The translations under genes and the position numbers were made by a program. Below are positions 37,745 through 46,243 of a stretch of 64,000 bases of DNA, in pieces. Origin of the DNA: Ostreococcus lucimarinus (lineage: Eukaryota); NCBI GenBank assembly GCA_000092065.1, contig CP000594.1. The stretch is one strand, 5' to 3'. The notes beneath the pieces were generated by a model. It did no database searches, was not told the DNA's origin, and worked only from the letters and a program-made list of their open reading frames with translations. Numbering within the stretch: position 1 is the first letter of the stretch; every line of letters starts with the position of its first letter.

Positions 37745-39547
37745 GTGCGAGAGTGCGCGAACGCGCGCGGCGTCGTGGACGCGGATGACTGCGCGCGCGC
37801 GCTCGGGACGACGGCGACGGCGGCGAGACGCGCGTTCGACGCGACGCGCGCGACGAGCGAACGCGCGAGCGATGATCTGGACGACGACGCGAGCGCGCGA
37901 AGCGAACGGGGCGCGACGGACAGGGAGACGTGCGAGGCGAGACGGTTGATGCTGTATCTGGCGGCGGCGTGCTACGCGACGGCGCGGGGCGGAGGCGCGA
38001 CGGCGCTGCGGGACGAGGCGCGGCGGTGCGCGGACGAAGACGCGAGCGAGGGAAACGAATGGGTCGGGCGCGAGGTCTCGGCGAGGAGCTCGCCGTCGAG
38101 GAGTCCGTCGAAGCGGGCGATGCTGCGGCGCGCGAACGGCGCGGGGTCGCCGGCGAGAGGGGACCGGTTCGTCGTCGACGACGAGGACCGGGAAGACGCG
38201 GCGTTCGGGAGCTTCGTTTTGCTGAATTGGGACGCGTTCGCGGACGCGTGTCGATCGGACCGCGGCGAGGGCGAGGGCGAGCGCGGTTCGGCGACGACGC
38301 TGACGCGGGAGGAGGTCGCGTGTTTGGACTACGTATTCGAGACGCGGGACGAAAACGGCGAGCGGAGTTCGCTCGCGGATTGCGCGATGGCGAGCGGCGA
38401 GGACGCGATCGAGAGCGCGCACTTGCGCGAGTGGGTGGCGAGAAACATGTCCGCGGACGCCACCTCGATGGCGTCGGCGAGCGCGAAGGCGAGCGGATCC
38501 GCGGTGGCGGCCGTCGCCGAGATGGCGGCGAACGTTTCGGAGAGCGACGTCGCGCGACCGGGGTCGAAAACCACCGTCACCGTCGACGGCGCGTACAAAA
38601 CCACCGTCGTTAGGCGACAAGGGTGCGATGTCACGCGCACGGCGTCGGGAAACGCCGCGGGATGTCGAACATCGCCGCGCGATCTCGCGACGTTTGGTTC
38701 GCCGCGGTACGTCTCCGGCGGCACGCCGTGCGCCAAAATCACCGATTGCGCGGAGTCGATCATTTATTTGCTCGAACCTTATCACTACGTCTCTATCGTT
38801 GGATGCGTGGATTGCGTGATCGTCGTCGGCGCCGTCGCGCGGTCGTTGCGCGTGGAGGGCTGCGAGCGCGTGACGCTCATGTGCGCCGCCAAACGCGTCA
38901 CCGTGCGTTCGTGTTTCGATTGCAACTTTCATCTCGGCGTTCTCACCCAGCCGTTGTTCGTGGGTGACAATCGAAAGTGCGTGCTGGCGCCCTACAACAC
39001 GTTTTACGAGCATCTCGGAGAGCACCTGATTGAGGCGCGTTTGCGACCCGAGGCGTGCACGGCGTGGGATCGACCCGTGGTGCTCGGCGTGGACGTCACG
39101 ATTCAAGACGGCTCGTCTTCCCCGAGCGCGCCAGACGTGGTGAGAATATCGAGTGGGATAACGCTCATGCCTCCGGACGCGTTCACGCTCTTCATCGTGC
39201 CGTTTCGCGAGTACGTCGCCGACGTCGTCGCCGACGCGCCGCCGACGCCCTCGAGCGTCGCGGCGACGACGCAGGCGAACCCGTTCGACGTCCCAGCGAA
39301 TTACGTCACCGCACTCGAGTCGAAGATGCAGCTCATCTGTGACGTCCGCGCGCGCGTGCGCGACTCCTCCCTCCCCGAGACAAAGCGCGGCGAACTCCAA
39401 GCCGCGATTCAGAGCCACTTCAAGGCGTGGCTGCAACAATCGGGAAAGTCGCGCGAGATCTTCGATTTATCCGCCATCGAGCGCGAGGAGATGCGCGCCG
39501 CGGGCGGTGAGATGCGCGCCGCGGGCGCCACCGCCGCCACCGCGTGA
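37745..39547 (+). CDS. TBCC (tubulin-folding cofactor C / RP2 C-CAP) domain-containing protein, TBCCD1-like
   Basis: Parallel beta-helix periodicity characteristic of the C-CAP/cofactor-C domain: VSIVGCVDCVIVVGAVARSLRVEGCERVTLMCAAKRVTVRSCFDCNFHLGVLTQPLFVGDNRKCVLAPYN. Compare the RP2/TBCC pattern ...C.nC.i.l...q.R.rDC....flc....PiiE.s.ni.FapY. Confidence 0.5.
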   Translation: MRECANARGVVDADDCARALGTTATAARRAFDATRATSERASDDLDDDASARSERGATDRETCEARRLMLYLAAACYATARGGGATALRDEARRCADEDASEGNEWVGREVSARSSPSRSPSKRAMLRRANGAGSPARGDRFVVDDEDREDAAFGSFVLLNWDAFADACRSDRGEGEGERGSATTLTREEVACLDYVFETRDENGERSSLADCAMASGEDAIESAHLREWVARNMSADATSMASASAKASGSAVAAVAEMAANVSESDVARPGSKTTVTVDGAYKTTVVRRQGCDVTRTASGNAAGCRTSPRDLATFGSPRYVSGGTPCAKITDCAESIIYLLEPYHYVSIVGCVDCVIVVGAVARSLRVEGCERVTLMCAAKRVTVRSCFDCNFHLGVLTQPLFVGDNRKCVLAPYNTFYEHLGEHLIEARLRPEACTAWDRPVVLGVDVTIQDGSSSPSAPDVVRISSGITLMPPDAFTLFIVPFREYVADVVADAPPTPSSVAATTQANPFDVPANYVTALESKMQLICDVRARVRDSSLPETKRGELQAAIQSHFKAWLQQSGKSREIFDLSAIEREEMRAAGGEMRAAGATAATA

Positions 39548-39607
39548 CCCGCCGCCGACGTGAACCCATTAACTACGATTTCTAGACTGTATTAACGAAA
39601 AAGCGAG

Positions 39608-40090
39608 CTACGCCAACGGATTCGCGTGAATCGTCACCCTCTCAATCTTCGCGTCCCTCACCGGCCGATCCCGTTCGTCCACCGCCAACCGTTCCAGCGC
39701 GTCCAGCGTCCCGTGCCCGTCGATCACCCGTCCGAATATCGTCACCTTCCCGTCCAGGTGCGGCAGCTTCGCGAAGCTCAAAAAAAACTGGCTCTGATTC
39801 GTGTTCGGCCCCGCGTTCGCCATCGCCAGCATCCCTCGACGCGAGAACCGCAGGTGCGCGCGTATCTCATCCTTAAACGCGCGTCCGTCGTATATCGACG
39901 TCCCGCCTCGTCCCGTGCCCGTGGGGTCGCCGCTCTGAATCATAAAGTTTTTCACGCATCGATGAAACGCGCACTGATCGTAGTACCCGCTCGCGCACAG
40001 CGCCAGAAAGTTCTCGCACGCCCTCGGGCAGTCCGCGACGTGAAGCTCGACCTTGACGTCGCCGCACGTCGTGTGCAGCGTCGCGGACAT
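39608..40090 (-). CDS. PPIL3: peptidyl-prolyl cis-trans isomerase, cyclophilin PPIL3-like (160 aa)
   Basis: MSATLHTTCGDVKVELHVADCPRACENFLALCASGYYDQCAFHRCVKNFMIQSGDPTGTGRGGTSIYDG...GKVTIFGRVIDGHGTLDALE matches the single-domain cyclophilin-like PPIL3 pattern. The start was trimmed from 40471 to the Met at 40088-40090. Confidence 0.85.
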   Translation of the reverse strand: MSATLHTTCGDVKVELHVADCPRACENFLALCASGYYDQCAFHRCVKNFMIQSGDPTGTGRGGTSIYDGRAFKDEIRAHLRFSRRGMLAMANAGPNTNQSQFFLSFAKLPHLDGKVTIFGRVIDGHGTLDALERLAVDERDRPVRDAKIERVTIHANPLA

Positions 40091-40177
40091 GACGCGCGAG
40101 GCGCCCTGTGACGAACGACGCGCGCGGCCGACCGCCGCCTCAAAAGTCGACGCCGAGAGTCGCGCCGCGCGCGCGCG

Positions 40178-41584
40178 ATGCGCGCGCGGTCGACCGCGAT
40201 CGACAGCGCGGGCGATCTCGAGCGCGCGGGCGCGGTCGAACGCGCGCGCGAGGCGCGCGCGACGTCGCGGGCGCGCGATGAAGCGAAAGATGCGTCGAGT
40301 CGAGCGTCGAACGACGTCGACGCGCTTCGCGCGCTCGCGCGCGCGGCGTCCGCGGCGCGCGGCGCGGAGGCGGCGATGACGCGAGACCGGTGCGTCGACG
40401 CGCTGCGAGCGGCGAGCTCGAGGGAGGCGGACGACGAGGCGGACGCGTACTACGCCGCGCTGAGCCTGCACCGAGCGCTCGCGACGCGGGCGAATCGAGA
40501 CGACGACGAGGCGATGGCGCGATGCGTCGCGACGTGCGAGGAGGTGGTAGAGAGGTACGCGCGACGCCGCGGCGGGCGCGACGGCGCGATGCGGCGGGAG
40601 ACGGTGGCGCTGGCGGCGTTGACGGTGGCGCGCGCGAGAGGACCGGCGGCGGCGGCGGAGACGCTGAGGGGCGGCGACGAGCGCGCGAGCGTGCTCGGCG
40701 CCGCCGTCGCGCGGTGGTTAGCGCTGCGATTGGTGGACGTGGACGCGGAGAGGGAGCTCACGGTGGCGGATTTGACGCGATTGGCGGTTATTTTGTCAAA
40801 GGCGCGGGATTCGCGCGCGGCGACGGCGTTTTGCGAGTGCGGCGGCGTGTCGTCGTTGTGCGCGTTGATCGACGTCGAATCGTCCCCGCCGCTGAGCGCG
40901 GGGACGATATTTGATTGCGCCAAAGCCATCGCGGGTTTTTGCGCGGCGCTTTCGGATGGTTCGACGACGACGAGGTTCGACGTCGAAGGCGTGTCGCGCG
41001 AGTTGAGGGCGATTCTCTCGTCGGCTTCGGGTAAGATGGCCGATCCCCTTCCCGCGGTCGCCGCCACCGCGTGTCGCCAAGCGTTGGCGTCTTTGGAAAA
41101 GTACGCGGCGACCCGAGCGGGAGCGGTGTCCACGGTGGAGCGGCAGTCGTCGTACGGGGCGCTCGGCGATTGCGTCACCGCGGCGAAGGAGCTCGATTTC
41201 GCCGACGCCTCGCGCTCGGGTTCGCACGCCAGTCTACACCGCGCGCAAAAATACGACGGTTCGTTTGGATCGCAAATCGATCTCTCGCGCACGCGCTCGG
41301 AATCGCTCAACTCCTTGGATGCCTCGTTTAGTTCGCCGACGAAGCTCATCCCCGCGGCGTCCGTTCCCGAAGCCTCCGACACCGCCACCGCGCTCTTCAC
41401 CACCCCACCGCCGCTCGCGCGAAAACGATCCGACTCCGGCACATCACCTCTGCTCAAGTCCAAGTCCCCGGCGCGCGCGCGCTCGAAGAAGCGCGCCGTC
41501 GCGCTTCGCCGCTTCCTCTTCTTCGTCTTCGCCGTCGGCGTCGTCTTCGCCTTCGCCGACCGTCTCCGCGCCCATCGCGCGTGA
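40178..41584 (+). CDS. hypothetical tail-anchored protein (helical N-terminal region, S-rich linker, C-terminal TM FLFFVFAVGVVFAFA)
   Basis: Non-repetitive ORF with a single C-terminal hydrophobic segment. No recognised domain. Confidence 0.4.
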   Translation: MRARSTAIDSAGDLERAGAVERAREARATSRARDEAKDASSRASNDVDALRALARAASAARGAEAAMTRDRCVDALRAASSREADDEADAYYAALSLHRALATRANRDDDEAMARCVATCEEVVERYARRRGGRDGAMRRETVALAALTVARARGPAAAAETLRGGDERASVLGAAVARWLALRLVDVDAERELTVADLTRLAVILSKARDSRAATAFCECGGVSSLCALIDVESSPPLSAGTIFDCAKAIAGFCAALSDGSTTTRFDVEGVSRELRAILSSASGKMADPLPAVAATACRQALASLEKYAATRAGAVSTVERQSSYGALGDCVTAAKELDFADASRSGSHASLHRAQKYDGSFGSQIDLSRTRSESLNSLDASFSSPTKLIPAASVPEASDTATALFTTPPPLARKRSDSGTSPLLKSKSPARARSKKRAVALRRFLFFVFAVGVVFAFADRLRAHRA

Positions 41585-41823
41585 TTTCCTCCGTTCGTCC
41601 GTCCATTCCGCCGTTCGTCGTCCGTTCGCTTCCCCGTTTCCTCGCCGCCGTCTGTTCCTTCGGGCGTCGACCGCGTCGATTCGCCGCCGAGTCGCGTCGC
41701 TCGAGTTAGTTAGTTAGTTGAAAAGATCCTCCAGCGACTAAACCCCAACACTTCGGCGCCACATCATCGCGCCGCGTCGACGCGCGCGATGCGCTGCGCC
41801 GCCGCGCCGCGCGAGATGCGCGC

Positions 41824-42909
41824 GTGCGCGACCTCCTCGCGCGCGCGCGCGACGCGAGACCGCCGCGCGACGCCGCGAGCGGCGCGATCGCGCCGCCGCG
41901 CGGCACCCAGGAAAAGCGCTCGATCGGCGCTCGCGCGCGCCGCGGACGGCGCGCGCGACGACGAAACGACGCACGAGTGGTGCGCGGGAGATGCGTCGTC
42001 GACGGACGCGCGCGAAAGCGTCGACGCGCGCGACGCGGGCGCGGACTGACCTCGACGCGTCGAGCACTCGCGCGCAGCGTCGTCATCGAAAACCGAGCGG
42101 CGAGCCTAGACGGCGATAAGCGCACGCTCGTCGTCGCGATCGAGGATAAACAGACGGAATCGAACTTGCGTAAGAGCCCGGGGAGCGCGGTGTACGGAAA
42201 TGGGAACGGGAAGGTGTGGACGGAGATGTACGACGAGCCGGGGCAGTACGTCAGGGCGCGGTGCGGGTGCGGCGCGGAGACGCGCTTGCCGATAGCGCGA
42301 TCGCCGTATCACGTGCGGTACGACTCGGCGAGGTTAGACAGCGCGAAGGTTGAATTCTTGGTGGATTCGAGTCATCATCCGAACGCGCTGACGGGCGCGA
42401 AACCGGGCGACGTGTTTCACGTGAGCGAGCCGCGCGGCGTCGGCTTCTCCAACGTGTTGTTCGCGGAGCGATCGCTCGAGGCGGCGATGCGTAAAAACCA
42501 TCCATTGGTCCTTCTCGCGAACGGTACCGACGGTCTCGCGAGCGTGCGCTCGCTATTAGATTGGCAACCAGTGATGGCGTACGCGGACGCGCATCCTGTG
42601 ACGTTATTTTACCTGTGCGAGAGTCAAGAGAGCGCCGCGCTCTTGTCCATCCACGACGAGTGGCGGGAGGAGGGCTTCAAAATCATTCCGTGCTACGGCG
42701 CTTTGGACGACCAACTCTTCTTGATGGAGCAGTGTTTCCTCACCGGCGCCGTCGCGGCGGGTGGCAAGCCAACCATTCTCGGCGCCGACCCCGCGGCGTG
42801 TTCCGTCTTGCTCGCCGGCGCCGAGGGCGACGTCGCCGGGAGCATCTTGAAGCTCCTGAACGCCCGAGGTATCGCGCGCGACAACATCTTGACGAGTGAC
42901 TTTTTTTAA
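41824..42909 (+). CDS. FNR-like oxidoreductase (FAD-binding beta-barrel + NAD(P)-binding Rossmann-like domain), tentative
   Basis: HPLVLLANGTDGLASVRSL resembles the NAD-binding GTG.AP motif of the ferredoxin reductase-type fold, after a ~100-aa beta-rich segment. The N-terminus is R-rich and the start is uncertain. Confidence 0.4.
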   Translation: MRDLLARARDARPPRDAASGAIAPPRGTQEKRSIGARARRGRRARRRNDARVVRGRCVVDGRARKRRRARRGRGLTSTRRALARSVVIENRAASLDGDKRTLVVAIEDKQTESNLRKSPGSAVYGNGNGKVWTEMYDEPGQYVRARCGCGAETRLPIARSPYHVRYDSARLDSAKVEFLVDSSHHPNALTGAKPGDVFHVSEPRGVGFSNVLFAERSLEAAMRKNHPLVLLANGTDGLASVRSLLDWQPVMAYADAHPVTLFYLCESQESAALLSIHDEWREEGFKIIPCYGALDDQLFLMEQCFLTGAVAAGGKPTILGADPAACSVLLAGAEGDVAGSILKLLNARGIARDNILTSDFF

Positions 42910-43055
42910 TCCCTAAAGAAGCGTCCGCGCGCCGCGCCGTCGTCAGATTATTCGCGCGCGCCGCGCGTCGTCCGCGCCGTCGTCGCCGCAGCGCGCGACC
43001 GACGCACCGCACTTCCCCGCGCGCGTCGTCGCGCCGTCGTCGCTCGCGCGCGATC

Positions 43056-45464
43056 ATGGGAAAGAAGGAAGAGACCCCCGAGCAGCGCGCCGCGCGCAAG
43101 GCGAAAGGTGCGTCGCGCGTTTCGTCGCGTTTCTTCGAGGCGGCGGCTGCGCTGGTCTCGAAAGATCGCCGCGCTCGCGCCGCGTGCGCGCGCGCGGCGC
43201 GCTCGTGCGCGCGCGAAACCGAACGAAGCGATCGCGATGAAGGACTGACGGACGTTCGCGACGCGCGTCGCGACGGTGTGCGCGCAGAGAAGGGCGAGAA
43301 GAAGTCTGACAAGGGCGAAAAGAAGGAAAAGAAGGAAAAGAAGGAGAAAAGGGACGACAAGGGCAGGAGAGGGAATGAAAAGACCGCGCCGAGAGCGCCG
43401 CCGAAGATGCGAGCGCCGCCGCCGCCGACGAACGATCGGGACGATTACTTGGCGGGGATGGATTTGCCGTCGAGCGATAGCGATAGCGGAAGCGAAAAGG
43501 AGGTCGCACGCGAGGAGAAGGTGACCGCGCTTCCGTCGGGACCGACGGATAAACAAATCAAGCGACAGAGACAGAAAGAGATTGAAGCGGCGCGTAAAGA
43601 GGCGCAGGCTAAAGCGGAGGCGATGATGGAGGATGATGACGCGTTCAACGTGCGAATTCCGAACATGTCGGACGAAATGATGGCGGCGATGGCGAATAGT
43701 AGGGATATTAAGATCGACGGGTTCTCCGTGAGCGCCCGAGGGAAGCCTTTGTTGACCAACACCTCGTTGACGATCGCACACGGGCGGAGATACGGTTTGG
43801 TGGGTCCTAACGGTACCGGTAAAACCACCGTGATGAAATTGCTCGCGAGGCGCAAAATTCCCGTCCCAGAGCACATCGACATTTTGCTCGTCGAACAAGA
43901 AGTTGTCGGTGATGATCGCTCGGCGTTGCAATCTGTCGTCGCGGCCGACGTCGAGTTGCAAGATTTACGCAAGAAGAAGGTTGAGCTCGAAGACTTGATG
44001 GAGAAGCTCGCCATCGGCGACTCGAGCGTGACGGAGCCCGTGTTCAAAAACGAAGAGACGGGCGAAGAGAACGATTTGAACGCTGAGCTCAACAAAACGT
44101 ACGAACGATTGAATGAGAAGGGAGACGCCACCGCAGAAGCGCGCGCGTCGAAGATTCTTCACGGTTTGGGTTTTACGGTGCCGAAGAAGGATGGTTCGCA
44201 AGGGCCGGATCGTTTCTCCATGCACAACACTACGAAAAGCTTTTCTGGTGGTTGGCGTATGCGCATCTCCCTCGCCCGCGCGCTGTTCATCGAGCCCACG
44301 TGTTTGTTGCTCGATGAGCCGACCAACCACTTGGATTTACGAGCTGTTATTTGGCTTGAAGAGTATTTGATGCGCTGGAAGAAGACGCTCGTCGTCGTAT
44401 CGCACGATCGCGACTTCTTGTCCTCCGTCACGACGGATATCGTGCACTTGCACGACCACAAGCTCGACCAATACAAGGGCTCATTCGATCAATTCGAAGA
44501 GATGTACGAGATTCGTCGTCGCGAGGCTAATAAGGCTTTCGAAAAGTACGAAAAGGAGATGAAGGCGGCGAAGAAGGCGTCGAGCAAATCGAAGCAGCAA
44601 GATGTCAAGGACAAGGCGAAGAAGGCCCAAGAGCGCAAACAAGGGAATAAAAAGAATAAGGGTATGATGATGGACGACGACGACGACGCGCCGTCACAAT
44701 TACCTGAGAAATGGGCCGATTACCAAGTCAAATTTAGCTTCCCGACGCCGACTGAGTTGCCTCCGCCACTCATTGGCCTGAACGAGTGTTCGTTCGAGTA
44801 TCCCGGACTCAAAGGCTTTTCGTTGGACAAAATCGACCTTGGTATCGATATGGGTACGCGAGTGGCTATCATTGGCCCGAATGGTGCGGGTAAGTCTACG
44901 CTGATGAATCTCTTAGCCGGCGACTTGGAACCAACGAGCGGGGAATCGCGCCGTTCGCACGCGCTGAGAATCGGTCGCTACTCTCAGCACTTCGTCGACG
45001 TCTTAGCCATGGACGAAAATCCAGTGGAGTACTTGAGACGCAAGTACCTGAAAGAGAACGGCTCTTCGTACAAGCCCGAAGAAATCCGCGCCAAGCTCGG
45101 TCGATTCGGCTTGCCCGGGCACAACCACTTGACACCGATCGTGAAACTTTCCGGTGGTCAAAAAGCTCGCGTCGTTTTCACAGCCATCGGTCTATCCAAC
45201 CCTCACATCTTGCTTCTGGATGAGCCGACGAACCACTTGGACATGCAGTCGATCGATGCCCTCGCGGATGCCTTGGAAGAATTCGAAGGCGGCGTCGTCA
45301 TGATTACGCACGACGCGCACATTTGCGAACAAGTGCTCGACGACGAGAAGAGCGAGATTTGGGTCGTCGACGAAGGTCGTGTCGATAAATTCAACGGCGA
45401 TTTCGCGGAGTACCGCAAACAATTAGTCGCTGAAATCGCCGCCGAGCTCGACGACGAAAATTAA
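43056..45464 (+). CDS. ABCF1: ABC-F family ATPase (ABCF1/ABC50/GCN20-like) with K/E-rich N-terminal extension and two ABC cassettes
   Basis: Two Walker A motifs (GLVGPNGTGKTT; AIIGPNGAGKST) and two ABC signatures (FSGGWRMRISLARAL; LSGGQKARVVFTAI). There is no transmembrane domain. The K/E-rich N-terminus matches ABCF1. A possible in-frame 180-nt intron at 43108..43287 is discussed in the findings. Confidence 0.85.
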   Translation: MGKKEETPEQRAARKAKGASRVSSRFFEAAAALVSKDRRARAACARAARSCARETERSDRDEGLTDVRDARRDGVRAEKGEKKSDKGEKKEKKEKKEKRDDKGRRGNEKTAPRAPPKMRAPPPPTNDRDDYLAGMDLPSSDSDSGSEKEVAREEKVTALPSGPTDKQIKRQRQKEIEAARKEAQAKAEAMMEDDDAFNVRIPNMSDEMMAAMANSRDIKIDGFSVSARGKPLLTNTSLTIAHGRRYGLVGPNGTGKTTVMKLLARRKIPVPEHIDILLVEQEVVGDDRSALQSVVAADVELQDLRKKKVELEDLMEKLAIGDSSVTEPVFKNEETGEENDLNAELNKTYERLNEKGDATAEARASKILHGLGFTVPKKDGSQGPDRFSMHNTTKSFSGGWRMRISLARALFIEPTCLLLDEPTNHLDLRAVIWLEEYLMRWKKTLVVVSHDRDFLSSVTTDIVHLHDHKLDQYKGSFDQFEEMYEIRRREANKAFEKYEKEMKAAKKASSKSKQQDVKDKAKKAQERKQGNKKNKGMMMDDDDDAPSQLPEKWADYQVKFSFPTPTELPPPLIGLNECSFEYPGLKGFSLDKIDLGIDMGTRVAIIGPNGAGKSTLMNLLAGDLEPTSGESRRSHALRIGRYSQHFVDVLAMDENPVEYLRRKYLKENGSSYKPEEIRAKLGRFGLPGHNHLTPIVKLSGGQKARVVFTAIGLSNPHILLLDEPTNHLDMQSIDALADALEEFEGGVVMITHDAHICEQVLDDEKSEIWVVDEGRVDKFNGDFAEYRKQLVAEIAAELDDEN

Positions 45465-45556
45465 CACCACGAGTTGCTTTTGTTATGAGATGGTGACCCC
45501 ACCTGAAATACACTAAGTCTTGCTACTGCTAATCATCAATCGCTCGACATCGAGTC

Positions 45557-46222
45557 CTAAAGCGTTCGCAATAAATACTCCACCGCCTCTTCCTTCGTGC
45601 TTCCCGTGGATAACAAAAAGTCCACCATCTTTTTCGCGTTTTCGTTGGCGTCCAACCCGAGCAAGCTCGGCCGCTTCGTCACGTCATCCACAAACATCTC
45701 CGCCGTCCGCTCGAACGTCGCCTCCATGTACTCAAACAACGGTCTCAATCGTTTCTCCACGTCGTACGCCAACACCGCGGGATTACGTATGACTAAAAAT
45801 CCAACCGCGTCCTCCTTCACGCCGCTCGCCTTCAGAAACTCCACCACCTCTCGCATCTCTTCCGCGCCGAATTTCATCGCTTTCGGGTCTTGGCCTCGTC
45901 GCACCGCCTCGCGCTCGAACGCTGTGGACGCTCGGGACATGACTTGCAGCGCCTGCGCCCTGGGGACGCCGATGGACTCGAGGTATTCGTACTCGCCAAT
46001 CATTTCCTTTTCCTGGGTCAGGCGATAGATTCGTTGCACGCCCTGTCGCCCGGGGCGCAGGCGCGATTCCGTCGCGCGCGAGACGCGGCGACGCTCGCGT
46101 CGCGAGCCGTGCGCGAGCTTGAGCTCGCGGGTGATCGGTTTAAACATCGCGAAAATCGGTGTCCCGAAATGAGGTTGAGGTTTTGGGCAGCCGTCGGGGC
46201 GTCGGGACTCGCGAGAGAACAT
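45557..46222 (-). CDS. mTERF-domain protein (mitochondrial/plastid transcription termination factor family)
   Basis: Repeated mTERF-like motifs (YLESIGVPRAQALQVMSRAS, EVVEFLKASGVKEDAVGFLVIRNPAVLAYDVEKRLRPLFEYM, KMVDFLLSTGSTKEEAVEYLL). The start may instead be the internal MFKPITREL. Confidence 0.65.
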   Translation of the reverse strand: MFSRESRRPDGCPKPQPHFGTPIFAMFKPITRELKLAHGSRRERRRVSRATESRLRPGRQGVQRIYRLTQEKEMIGEYEYLESIGVPRAQALQVMSRASTAFEREAVRRGQDPKAMKFGAEEMREVVEFLKASGVKEDAVGFLVIRNPAVLAYDVEKRLRPLFEYMEATFERTAEMFVDDVTKRPSLLGLDANENAKKMVDFLLSTGSTKEEAVEYLLRTL

Positions 46223-46243
46223 AATAATACAGCGAACGTCGCA

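Noticed and set aside
37427-39439. 670-aa minus-strand ORF and 227-aa ORF 37930..38613
   Set aside because: Antisense or alternative frame of the TBCC-domain gene. Arg-rich.
41789-42049. 86-aa ORF overlapping the start of the FNR-like gene in another frame
   Set aside because: It is R/A-rich and could at most be a presequence exon. There is no evidence for a separate gene.
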